From contig BEHE01000004.1 of the NCBI GenBank assembly GCA_002898395.1, positions 1 to 64,000 of the forward strand: a DNA stretch of 64,000 bases, given 5' to 3'. A program made the position numbers and the translations under genes. The stretch comes from Candidatus Calditenuaceae archaeon HR02. Lineage in GTDB: Archaea; Thermoproteota; Nitrososphaeria_A; Caldarchaeales; Calditenuaceae. The notes beneath the pieces were generated by a model that had not been told where the DNA came from, ran no database searches, and saw only the letters and a program-made list of their open reading frames with translations. Position 1 is the first letter of the stretch. Each line of letters begins with the position of its first letter. Shown here piece after piece: positions 48,954 to 57,570 of the stretch.

Positions 48954-50003
48954 GCATACTCCTGCGGCACAGCACCAACCCCTGGCCTACTGAGCGAGAA
49001 TTCGTGACACTTAGGGAGGCGGACACAGACCCAAGGTATGGTTCAAGACCTGAGGAGCGGCCAATGCATGACCTGTTAAACTATGGCTACATTCCTCTAG
49101 ACAAGCCACGCGGCCCCACCAGCGGCGAGATAACTGAGCGGGTCAGGAGAATGCTGGGGGTTGAGAGGGCTGGGCATGGCGGGACCCTAGTCCCCGGTGG
49201 GTGGGGGAGATCCCGCTGTCTCCGGACTCCTCCCGATCCTCCTAGGAAGAGCTACTAAGGCCTCCGAAGAAATCCACACATATCCGAAGGAGTACATCTG
49301 CTTGTTAAGGCTCCACGAAGAGGTAGACGACCACGCCCTCGAATGGGGGCTCTCACAGTTCGTAGGAGAGTTCTACCAGACTCCACCTGTAAGGTCCAAC
49401 GTGGCCAGACAGGTCAGGAAGAAGGAGCTGTTCGAGGCAGAGGTGCTGGAGAGAGATGGACGAGACATCCTCCTAAGAATGATCGTGAGCGGCGGCACAT
49501 ACGTCCGCAAGCTGTGCCACGATCTGGGACTAGTCTTGGGGGTTGGAGCCCACATGGTTGAGTTGAGGCGAGTACGGGTAGGCCCTAAGTCCGAGAGGGG
49601 GGCAGTCACAATCCAGCAGCTCCAACGCGCGGTATGGCAGTATCGGGAGAGCAGGGATGAGAAGGGGTTGCGGAGTATCATTAGACCCATAGAAGAGCTC
49701 CTTGAATACATACCTAGAATAATCATCCTAGACTCTGCCGTCGACGCCATCTGCCACGGCGCACACCTAGCCAGGCCCGGAATAGCCCAAGTCGAGACAA
49801 GAATTACCCCAGGAGCGACAGTAGGAATCTTCACACTCAAGGGCGAAATCGTCGCAATAGCCAGAGCACTAAAATCAACAGAAGGAATGCTGAGAGAAGG
49901 CGGAATCATAGCCAAGACCGACAGAGTCCTCATGACACGCGGCACCTACCCCCCAAAATGGGGAAAGGGAAAATCTAAAACAAGCTGGCACACAACGTAT
50001 TAA
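48947..50003 (+). CDS. cbf5: H/ACA RNA-guided pseudouridine synthase Cbf5, two exons: 48947..49190 and 49210..50003 (345 aa)
   Basis: Two track ORFs in different frames; removing 19 nt restores [33 protein letters not shown] and a PUA domain are present. Confidence 0.95.
49191..49209 (+). other. 19-nt bulge-helix-bulge pre-mRNA intron in cbf5
   Basis: Exon helix GCGGGA(49179-84)/TCCCGC(49211-16), central helix CCCT/GGGG, bulges AG|T and AG|A; the junction yields G+AT = Asp. Confidence 0.9.
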
Positions 50004-50006
50004 CGG

Positions 50007-50092
50007 GCCGGGGTGGCAGAGTGGATAATGCGCAGGCCTGGAGAGCCTGTGGCCCATTTCGGGCCGCGAGGGTTCGAATCCCTCCCCCGGCG
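50007..50092 (+). tRNA. tRNA-Ser(GGA)
   Basis: Acceptor GCCGGGG/CCCCGGC, anticodon arm CAGGC-CTGGAGA-GCCTG, long variable arm, GGTTCGAATCC; CCA not encoded. Confidence 0.96.
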
Positions 50093-50106
50093 TTACTGTT
50101 AAATCA

Positions 50107-50790
50107 TTAATAATAAGCATGAAGGGAGGAGGGGGTTTCGTCTGTACTTCTTCTCTCTCTTGCCGATACCTCTTTGTAAGATCTTACAAATCTTCCACCA
50201 GCTCTTCTTTGTAATACTGTATCATCTTTATTGAGAGTTCGATGAGGTATCTCTCTTATCAGTGGACTCGTCTTTATTCCAATTTCCGCAAGTAGCTGTC
50301 TGATGTGTTCTAGTGATTCAATGTTAGTGTTTGCGTAGGCTGGCATCAATCCCACCCCATCACCATCGAAGAAGCTCCTGGAGAATCTTACATTCGCCTC
50401 AGAGTCCATCTATTCCGCCACTATCTTGTAGATAATATAGCGCGGTTAGTGTGGCGTACACTCTGTAAAGACCGTCCCTGAATCTTATCCATGGCCTTAG
50501 TCCCACCCTCCTCAGAGTCCCAGCTCACGAAGCCAGCCGTCTAAACCTAGATCAAAATTGGATGTCGTGCGACAAGGGTTACTGGTTTTCCAAGGGGTGG
50601 AGCTATAGGCTGAGTGGAGTAGATGTATGGTGTTATTATTGGACGCGCAATCCTTGGACGATCCTAGTGTCATACACACTCCGTAGCTGCCGAAGCCTCA
50701 GTCCTCATAAGCCCATAGTCTCTCTTCAGCTTCTTATCCTCTTGACTTTTTCCTTAGTTTTGTGTTGCATCCTCACCCTGATGGTCCGTG
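50107..50790 (-). pseudogene. Decayed LAGLIDADG-family endonuclease gene (upstream boundary approximate)
   Basis: RFSRSFFDGDG...ANTNIESLEHIRQLLAEIGI in one frame; TLRRVGLRPWIRFRDGLYRVYA upstream in another frame; stops and frameshifts between. Confidence 0.65.
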
Positions 50791-51081
50791 AGTGAAAGTG
50801 ATGTTTTTGTGTTCTATGTCCATCCCGAAGACTATCAGAGGTTCCTCGACTACGTGGGAATATCTATAACTAGGAATAATGAGGTATCTCATCGATTTCT
50901 CCATAAAGGTGATGTGGCGTTATATGGGGTGAGGTAGGAGAAATGAAGGTGTGGTGGGAGATTTGTGAGATTTTGAAGAAAAGTATCGGCAGTAATATGA
51001 TGAAGCGCAGACGAAAACCCGCCCCCCTCCCCCCTTATCCCCTCATACCTACCACATTGGAAAATCCATAATTATTAAAAT

Positions 51082-51174
51082 TGCGGCGGGCGGGATTTGA
51101 ACCCGCGATCCCCAGCGTGGCAGGCTTCCACGCAGTCCGATGCTTGGTGTCCTACCAGACTAGACTACCGCCGC
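51082..51174 (-). tRNA. tRNA-Gly(GCC) with a 19-nt intron at position 29/30 (intron 51126..51144)
   Basis: Acceptor GCGGCGG/CCGCCGC, GGTTCAAATCC. Removing AGCATCGGACTGCGTGGAA restores CCAGC-CTGCCAC-GCTGG. TATA-like TTTTTATA lies ~25 nt upstream. Confidence 0.93.
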
Positions 51175-51280
51175 TTCAAGGGTTCTGGTGCAACGCCTGT
51201 ATAAAAATTCTAGAGATGGGCTGAACATATCGGCCTCTCCTCGCCCATATCTATTTGGGCCGGTGGTCTCTTCCACGGAA

Positions 51281-51675
51281 TTGACTGTGGCTGTTGAGGT
51301 GGAAGTGTCTGGCGGTTTTCGGCGAGAAGGTGGCTTTGAGGGGTTAGCTTTAGGGTTGGTGGGGGCGAGGTTTTCGGGTTGATTGGTCCTGATGGTGCTG
51401 GTAAGACGACATGCTTCCGGAGCCTCGCTACGATTTTGAAGCCAGGTGGGGGTAGTGCAAGGATATTCGGCCTAGATGAGGGGGGCGCGAAGGGGGAGGC
51501 CGCGATCTCATACCTTCCAGAAGAGGCGGGAGTGTATAGAGTCTGAGCGACGAAGACTACATCAGATTCTTGGCGAGGGTCTACAACAGGTTTGAAGGAA
51601 AGGCGCTACGCGAGGATGAGAAGATCTCCGGTCTCGGAGAGTCATTCTCCAATAGCTCGAGGATGCCGGTTTAGT
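51281..51675 (+). pseudogene. Truncated, frameshifted ABC-2-type exporter ATPase
   Basis: Across frames: VFGEKVALRG / SFRVGGGEVFGLIGPDGAGKTTCFRSLATILKP...SYLPEEAGVY / LSDEDYIRFLARVY; ends before the signature and Walker B motifs. Confidence 0.75.
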
Positions 51676-51718
51676 AGAAAATATTTACCGTCGCCAGCAT
51701 CTACGTGGGACGGGACTC

Positions 51719-53314
51719 TTGCTGTGGGAGATTTTAGCGGCCGTAGCGCTGTCTTGGACTAGGATTGTTACGGCTCTAGCCATATCCGTCTTCGCCGCTA
51801 TAATTGTTGGAATATATTCGGGAATATATAGGCGGGTTGATAGGATTGCGATCCCTATCCTCGATGTTCTCCAGAGCGTGCCAATACTGGGTTTCTTCCC
51901 ACTGGCAGTCTATGTGCTGGCAAGTGCTGTACCAGTACTCGGCTATGAGCTTGCATCGATCTTCCTCTTATATACTTGCACATTCTGGAATCTGGCTTTC
52001 GCGGTCTATGAGGGTGCTCGATCTATTCCGCATTCCATGATCGAGGTTGCGGAGCTCAGCAAGCTGTCACTAAGAGATAGGTTTGGGAAAATCTACGTGC
52101 CGGCCGTTTTCCCCAAAATTGTAGACCAGTTGCCCGCGAGTTTAGCCAATGCATTCTACTTCCTAGCAGCCAGCGAGGTAATCGCTCTCGGAGAAGCCGA
52201 GGTAAGGGTTGCGGGTATAGGGACGCTCATCCTAAGATATCTGGAGAAGGGAAACTATGCAGGCATCGCGATCGGTCTACTTGCAACGGCACTAAGCATT
52301 ATCGCAGCATACCTTTTCATTCTGATGCCCCTCATATCCTATTCAGACAGATACAGGTTCGACATAGCTCAGCCCCCCGCAGTACAGAAGACACCTATGA
52401 TCATGGGGCTCTACTCCCGTATTAAGTCCATCCAAGCACCCTTGAGGATGGAGCCGAGGCGCGTTGCTGGGTTTACTCACCGCGTTTTCCCAATCCAGTT
52501 CGTCAACATAAGGTATGTGGGAAGCGACATTAAGCGGCTTATATTCATAGTCTTTATTGTTGTTCTGCTTATTTTCGCCGGGCCTGGGATCTATGCAAAC
52601 ATAGGCGATATGTGGGCTGCGGTATCCAGCGTGGCTAGTGCTGGTTTGCGGCTGGGATTGTTTAGCATCGGGGAGGCACTCGCCTACTCCTTCTCCCGCG
52701 TATTAGTGTGCTTGGCACTTATGCTTGCAATAAGCCTACCAATCGCTTACGTCGTTTCAGAAAAACCAGGCCTCAGGAATACCATCCTTCCAGTCCTTCA
52801 GATCATCGCTTCCCTCCCCTCACCGCTAATATTCCCAATCATTTCGGGCTTCTTTGTGGGCGGTACCTTTTCCCGAGAACTTGGGGCGGTACTACTAATG
52901 TCGCTGGGCTCCGTATGGTATGTTTTTTACTCAACATTAAGCGGCTTCAACAAAGTTCACGGAGAATATCGAGAGCTTGCTAGGCTGTATAGACTCTCGG
53001 GGATCAACAAGTTCAGGTATATTTACCTCCCATTCGCGACACCATCGATAGTGACGGGTTTGATAACTGCAACGGGCGGTGCATGGAACACTGTGATAGT
53101 TGCGGAAAGGCTTGGTGAGGGTGGGAGAATATTTGAGGTCCAGACGCCGGGTCTAGGTAAGCTAATGTCCACGCTAGCAGAAATAGCAGACACCTCGGGC
53201 CTAGTGTTCACAGTCATGGTGATGACAGCCTTCGTGATACTCGTTAACAGACTATTATGGCGAAACCTATATGATTATTCTATAAGAGCGCTGAGGATTC
53301 ATGAGCAACTCTGA
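51719..53314 (+). CDS. ABC transporter permease with duplicated TM module (COG4986-like, NitT/TauT family)
   Basis: ILDVLQSVPILGF and second-half LQIIASLP, GLITATGGAWNTVIVAE. Confidence 0.88.
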   Translation: MLWEILAAVALSWTRIVTALAISVFAAIIVGIYSGIYRRVDRIAIPILDVLQSVPILGFFPLAVYVLASAVPVLGYELASIFLLYTCTFWNLAFAVYEGARSIPHSMIEVAELSKLSLRDRFGKIYVPAVFPKIVDQLPASLANAFYFLAASEVIALGEAEVRVAGIGTLILRYLEKGNYAGIAIGLLATALSIIAAYLFILMPLISYSDRYRFDIAQPPAVQKTPMIMGLYSRIKSIQAPLRMEPRRVAGFTHRVFPIQFVNIRYVGSDIKRLIFIVFIVVLLIFAGPGIYANIGDMWAAVSSVASAGLRLGLFSIGEALAYSFSRVLVCLALMLAISLPIAYVVSEKPGLRNTILPVLQIIASLPSPLIFPIISGFFVGGTFSRELGAVLLMSLGSVWYVFYSTLSGFNKVHGEYRELARLYRLSGINKFRYIYLPFATPSIVTGLITATGGAWNTVIVAERLGEGGRIFEVQTPGLGKLMSTLAEIADTSGLVFTVMVMTAFVILVNRLLWRNLYDYSIRALRIHEQL

Positions 53315-54068
53315 AATACTGATGGAGCTTAGGAATGTGACACACGGGTATAGCCTGAGGTCTGGGTCGACACTCAAGGTAATAGAGAACCTGAATATCC
53401 AGGTGAGGTATGGAGAGTTTTTGGGGATAGTGGGGCCGAGTGGGTGCGGAAAGAGCACCATTCTCCGGATCATGGCTGGGCTCGTCAAACCCCTCTCAGG
53501 AGTCGTTATATTTCGGGGAGAAGTGTTGAACGGCACTACGCCACGCATATCGCTGATGCATCAGGTCCCAACACTCCTACCCTGGCTAACAGTCAGAGAG
53601 AACATATATCTGGCCCTCATGTCTAGGAAGGATCTGACTGAGCGTGCGAAGCAGTTAAAAGTGTCTGAACTTCTTGAGCTTGTTGAACTTAGTGGTTACG
53701 AATCTGCATATCCATATGAGCTGAGCGGGGGAATGAGGCAGAGGGTTGCGCTCGCCCGAGCACTTGTTACAGACCCCGACCTCCTCCTCTTGGACGAACC
53801 ATTCAGCAACCTCGACCCACTCACCTCGCTCAGCTTAATTCGCGAGTTAGAGGGCATGTGGTTTGACACGACCCTCCCGCCGATCTCTATAGTGATGGTA
53901 TCGCATAACATAGAGGAGGTTGTCATGCTTGCTGACAGAGTGGTTGTTCTGGGGGGGCGTCCTGCAAAGATTTTGGCAGAGGTCCCCATCGAGCTCTCAC
54001 GGCCAAGGAACAAGAAGTCAGAGGAATTCTATAGGCTCGTCGATGAGTTATTCTCTCTGATTAGCTAA
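53301..54068 (+). CDS. NitT/TauT-family ABC ATPase
   Basis: GPSGCGKST, LLPWLTV, LSGGMRQ, DEPFSNLD. Confidence 0.94.
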   Translation: MSNSEILMELRNVTHGYSLRSGSTLKVIENLNIQVRYGEFLGIVGPSGCGKSTILRIMAGLVKPLSGVVIFRGEVLNGTTPRISLMHQVPTLLPWLTVRENIYLALMSRKDLTERAKQLKVSELLELVELSGYESAYPYELSGGMRQRVALARALVTDPDLLLLDEPFSNLDPLTSLSLIRELEGMWFDTTLPPISIVMVSHNIEEVVMLADRVVVLGGRPAKILAEVPIELSRPRNKKSEEFYRLVDELFSLIS

Positions 54069-54564
54069 CCTTTACCCCCCGCCTAACCTTGAATAATCCC
54101 TCCTCACCATTATATTCTAGATAACCGGTCGTAACTAGCCAGTCGAGGAGGAAAGACTTCGCCATGGTGATGCTCTCTGGGCTGTCGTCGCATAGGTTGA
54201 GGTCTCTGCAGATCTGCTCGACGGATATGGCGTCCTTCTTTTGGACCATATAGCGGATTATTGATTTGAAGGGTTCAGCGTTTTTTGCCAGCTCGCGGAG
54301 CATTCTTATCTTCCCAGAATGCCTACGCCTCGAGAAGGATCGGCCCAACTCGGTTAATATTGCATCACCCTCATCAACCTTCACCAGGCCTAGGGACTCG
54401 CAAGCCTCAAGAATTTCCAATACAACCCCCGACTCCATTCCAGCCTCACTTACAAGCGTGGCTACATCTGCCCTACCATTCAGCAGTTCTAGGACCTCAA
54501 CCAACCCCGAAACCATTGCGGGAGTAACACGGATGGGGCATCTCGGCCCCTGTTGGTCCAACAC
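54061..54564 (-). CDS. Stand-alone 'AAA-associated C-terminal' winged-helix domain protein
   Basis: GLVEVL...GRAD...ILEACESLGLVKVDEGDAILTELGRSF...DW...GYLEY. Confidence 0.75.
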   Translation of the reverse strand: MLDQQGPRCPIRVTPAMVSGLVEVLELLNGRADVATLVSEAGMESGVVLEILEACESLGLVKVDEGDAILTELGRSFSRRRHSGKIRMLRELAKNAEPFKSIIRYMVQKKDAISVEQICRDLNLCDDSPESITMAKSFLLDWLVTTGYLEYNGEEGLFKVRRGVKVS

Positions 54565-54658
54565 CCTATCACTTGTTTTATCTCGATTCTCATATATAAC
54601 TATGCAGATTTATATTTGCCAGATATTCCGGAAAAAGAGAGATAGGGACCAATTTCCT

Positions 54659-55816
54659 TCAGAGACTTAGTACCATATCTAATATTTTTTCAACAGGCCT
54701 AACATTGGCTGTAAAACTAGAGTATCTATTTATGGCCGCGGCCTCTATCTCGTCTAAAGCCTTCTTAACAGATGCTGAGAGGCTCTCAAGGCTTAAATCC
54801 TCCTCTTTGAGGATTACAGCCACCCCTTTTCCGGCGAGGGATTTTGCATTTGATTCTTGCTCAGTCTGCCTCGGTATAGGGATTAAGACGAGTCTACAGT
54901 TGAATGCTAAGGCCTTGGCTGCGAGTGTCTGGCCTGCCCGGGTCACTACAACGTCTGAGGCTGCCAGAAGCTCATACTCGTTTTCATACCACTCCACAAA
55001 TCTTAGACCTTCTCTTGACTGGTCGCCGACAGCGCCCGTCATTATGGCTTGAAAGTCTTTTTGTCGATGGAGGAGGGGCATCATGAGGTCTCTCAAGCGT
55101 ATACGGTCTGGCTGTGGGCCTGTAGGTATTACCGCTATTAGCGGGATTGAGGGGTCGAATCCGAGCTTCTCTTTGAGCCTGTCGCGAGGGGGGTAGTCAC
55201 TCGGTAGCTTCTCAAGTATCGGGCCCACAAACTCTGCACGAGGCTCATCCACCTTACGCATCCTTAGGTTTTCTGTTGAGATTGTGAGGGGGTGTGGGTA
55301 GTCGGCTATTAGGAGCCTGTGGGAGAGGCTCCACACAACTGTGAACGAGTTTATGATGTCTTCGAAAAAGGCGGCCAGTCTGGGGAGACGGTCTCTCTGA
55401 AGCAGGACGTTGTACTGATTGAGGATGAGAGTGCTTGGGATGCCGGTTAGGCGTGAGGCCAGGACCGCTGAGGCTCTGGTGTCTGAGACCACAACCTCGG
55501 CCCCAGACTCTTCGATGATTCTAGCCTCGATGAGTGTTTGAGCAGCAACCTTCATAGGCAGGAAGACGTTGCTCAACAGTGTTGCCTTAATGCTCACCGC
55601 GCCCCGCGCGTCACGCCCATAGTCGACTGCGGGCACCTTCAAGACGCTTAGACCCACCCTCTCAAAATAGTCGACTGCGTCTCCATAGGTAGATACTGTG
55701 ACATCATGCCCCCTCTTGATAGCCTCGAGTATTATTGGCCGACACCTAGATGCGTGCCCCAGCCCTAATCCGCATACACTGAAGTGGATCCGCGCCATGT
55801 AACCGGCTCCCTGCAA
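54659..55816 (-). CDS. GT-B glycosyltransferase (GT28 / MJ1255-like)
   Basis: CGLGLGHASR, VVTRAG, IPIPRQTEQESNA. Confidence 0.9.
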   Translation of the reverse strand: MQGAGYMARIHFSVCGLGLGHASRCRPIILEAIKRGHDVTVSTYGDAVDYFERVGLSVLKVPAVDYGRDARGAVSIKATLLSNVFLPMKVAAQTLIEARIIEESGAEVVVSDTRASAVLASRLTGIPSTLILNQYNVLLQRDRLPRLAAFFEDIINSFTVVWSLSHRLLIADYPHPLTISTENLRMRKVDEPRAEFVGPILEKLPSDYPPRDRLKEKLGFDPSIPLIAVIPTGPQPDRIRLRDLMMPLLHRQKDFQAIMTGAVGDQSREGLRFVEWYENEYELLAASDVVVTRAGQTLAAKALAFNCRLVLIPIPRQTEQESNAKSLAGKGVAVILKEEDLSLESLSASVKKALDEIEAAAINRYSSFTANVRPVEKILDMVLSL

Positions 55817-55823
55817 TTGTGTT

Positions 55824-56438
55824 TTAAGTACGTGGCGTCTTGAGCATTATCCTCTTAACAATCCCACGCGGGGACTCTTCTGCGAAGATATCAGCATTAA
55901 ACCTGTAGATCTTCACGTCCCTCCTCAGCCAGTCCGTAGGCCTCAACCCGGCTTTCAGGCAGAGGTGCATAAGGAACTCCTCAGCATCCCAGCCATACTC
56001 CACTGGGACTTGGGGGAGTAGGATGCCTGCCCCCTCGTCAGCTTCTATGATCAGGCCGTCAAGACCTATCCTGATCTGCTCAGGGAGAGAGGACCTCGGC
56101 TCAGAAATAATCTCCTCAGGCTCTGTGAGAAGTGTCAGTTCGACAACCACTCTATCTGCCTCGGACGGGGTTAGGGGTGGGAATCGCGGATCGTAGAAAG
56201 CCGCAAGCCTGGCTGCTGTGATGGTGTCGTCGACGATGTTGGAGCGGGGCAGTGGCAGGCCCATGCAACCCCTCAACTCCTTTTTCTCGTGTTGATAGAG
56301 TGTAACGAAGACACCCCTACGGATGGCTGGGCTCCTAAGAGAGCTCTCCAAATGCAACTCTTTCTCAAGCCCGAGATCCTTCATGATTGCCGACCTAGCC
56401 AGCCTGACAAGCCCCACCCCAACCTCTTCACTTATCAT
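55824..56438 (-). CDS. AMMECR1-domain protein
   Basis: GVFVTL, LRGCMG, DPRFPPL, GILLPQV, LCLKAG. Confidence 0.95.
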   Translation of the reverse strand: MISEEVGVGLVRLARSAIMKDLGLEKELHLESSLRSPAIRRGVFVTLYQHEKKELRGCMGLPLPRSNIVDDTITAARLAAFYDPRFPPLTPSEADRVVVELTLLTEPEEIISEPRSSLPEQIRIGLDGLIIEADEGAGILLPQVPVEYGWDAEEFLMHLCLKAGLRPTDWLRRDVKIYRFNADIFAEESPRGIVKRIMLKTPRT

Positions 56439-56465
56439 TCCAACAACATATGTGAAAACATTCTT

Positions 56466-56942
56466 TTATCCCTTGCTCAAATCTTCTACCAGCTTCCTCA
56501 CCCTCTCCAGAGTCCTTGTGATGTTTTTCCAGTGCCCTCCAACCCAGTATTCCTGGCCGCAAGACCCACACTTCCATCTCTTGTTAGAAGACGGCTGGAG
56601 TTGTCCATTGCAGAGGGAGCAGAGCCTAAACTTCACGGCTAAGAAATCGTCGTAAGATATTCCGTACTCGCCCATTAGGTGGATGGCGATGTGCGAGAGC
56701 TGGTTCTCAGTCCCGCTTAGCGGCAGTAGGATGGATTGACCTCCCATAGACAATATTCGCTTATAGAGCTCGGTGTCTGAGGTGAGGACTATCCTCCCCT
56801 CTTCGTACGCCTTCTGAACAATCTCGTCATCTTCTCGCGGATAGTAGATGGTGTCGTATCCCAGCATCCTAAGCCATCTCGTGAGTTTACCGTGCATCGA
56901 GTCTGTCAGGAATTTAGGTTCCCGCGATGCTCCCCTTCTCAA
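56466..56942 (-). CDS. Mut7-C (PIN-like) RNase domain protein with zinc ribbon
   Basis: FLTDSMHGKLTRWLRMLGYD, LTSD, CSLCNG, CGSCGQEYWVGGH. Confidence 0.92.
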   Translation of the reverse strand: MRRGASREPKFLTDSMHGKLTRWLRMLGYDTIYYPREDDEIVQKAYEEGRIVLTSDTELYKRILSMGGQSILLPLSGTENQLSHIAIHLMGEYGISYDDFLAVKFRLCSLCNGQLQPSSNKRWKCGSCGQEYWVGGHWKNITRTLERVRKLVEDLSKG

Positions 56943-57492
56943 GTTCTAGCCGACACTCCTCGCAGAGATACTGGTCATCAATCCTCACAAGCATGTCACT
57001 CCACTCACCGCACGAGTCACAGTATCCCTCGAGGTAGGACTCCCTCTTCACGATGGGCCCACCGCTGAGCTTGAACTGCTCCTTGATGATGGATATGATA
57101 TCGGGAGTAATCTTTAGGACGTCTTTCAGGCTTATAATCCCTTGTACATTCCCCTTGTAGCTTACTATCAGCCTGCTGATTCCAAGCCTGGTCATCAGCC
57201 TGACTGCGTCTTCGATCGTCGCGGAGGGGTCAACTGTTATGAGGGGTGACGACATAATCTCCTCAAGCTTCACCTCGCTGGGCCTTTTATCCTGCGCAAC
57301 AACCTTCTCCACAAGGTCCCTTTTAGTCACTATGCCCACTGGACGCCCATCTTTCCTCACCAATATGCTGCTTATCCTGTACCTAGCCATCATCTCGGCA
57401 GCGACGTTGGCTGTACTCTCCGCGCTCAACTCTATGACTGGGCTCGTCATTACTTCCCTGACCGTTATCTCCTCGCTTAGGAATGGGCCCAT
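56914..57492 (-). CDS. CBS-pair protein with C-terminal zinc ribbon
   Basis: Two CBS repeats; GYCDSC...LCEEC. Confidence 0.92.
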   Translation of the reverse strand: MGPFLSEEITVREVMTSPVIELSAESTANVAAEMMARYRISSILVRKDGRPVGIVTKRDLVEKVVAQDKRPSEVKLEEIMSSPLITVDPSATIEDAVRLMTRLGISRLIVSYKGNVQGIISLKDVLKITPDIISIIKEQFKLSGGPIVKRESYLEGYCDSCGEWSDMLVRIDDQYLCEECRLELEKGSIAGT

Positions 57493-57570
57493 CCAATAAG
57501 TAATTGAAGCAGCCTGATAAAAACGTATCTAAACTCAATTAACCATAGATGAAGAGACGCTACCAACTCT

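Noticed and set aside
48947-50003. cbf5 as a frameshifted pseudogene, two genes or a programmed frameshift
   Set aside because: A precise BHB intron at the known position explains the frame change.
51015-51035. Possible att-site copy of a tRNA 3' end (AAAACCCGCCCCCCTCCCCCC)
   Set aside because: Low-complexity C run with only weak similarity to either tRNA; no integrase nearby.
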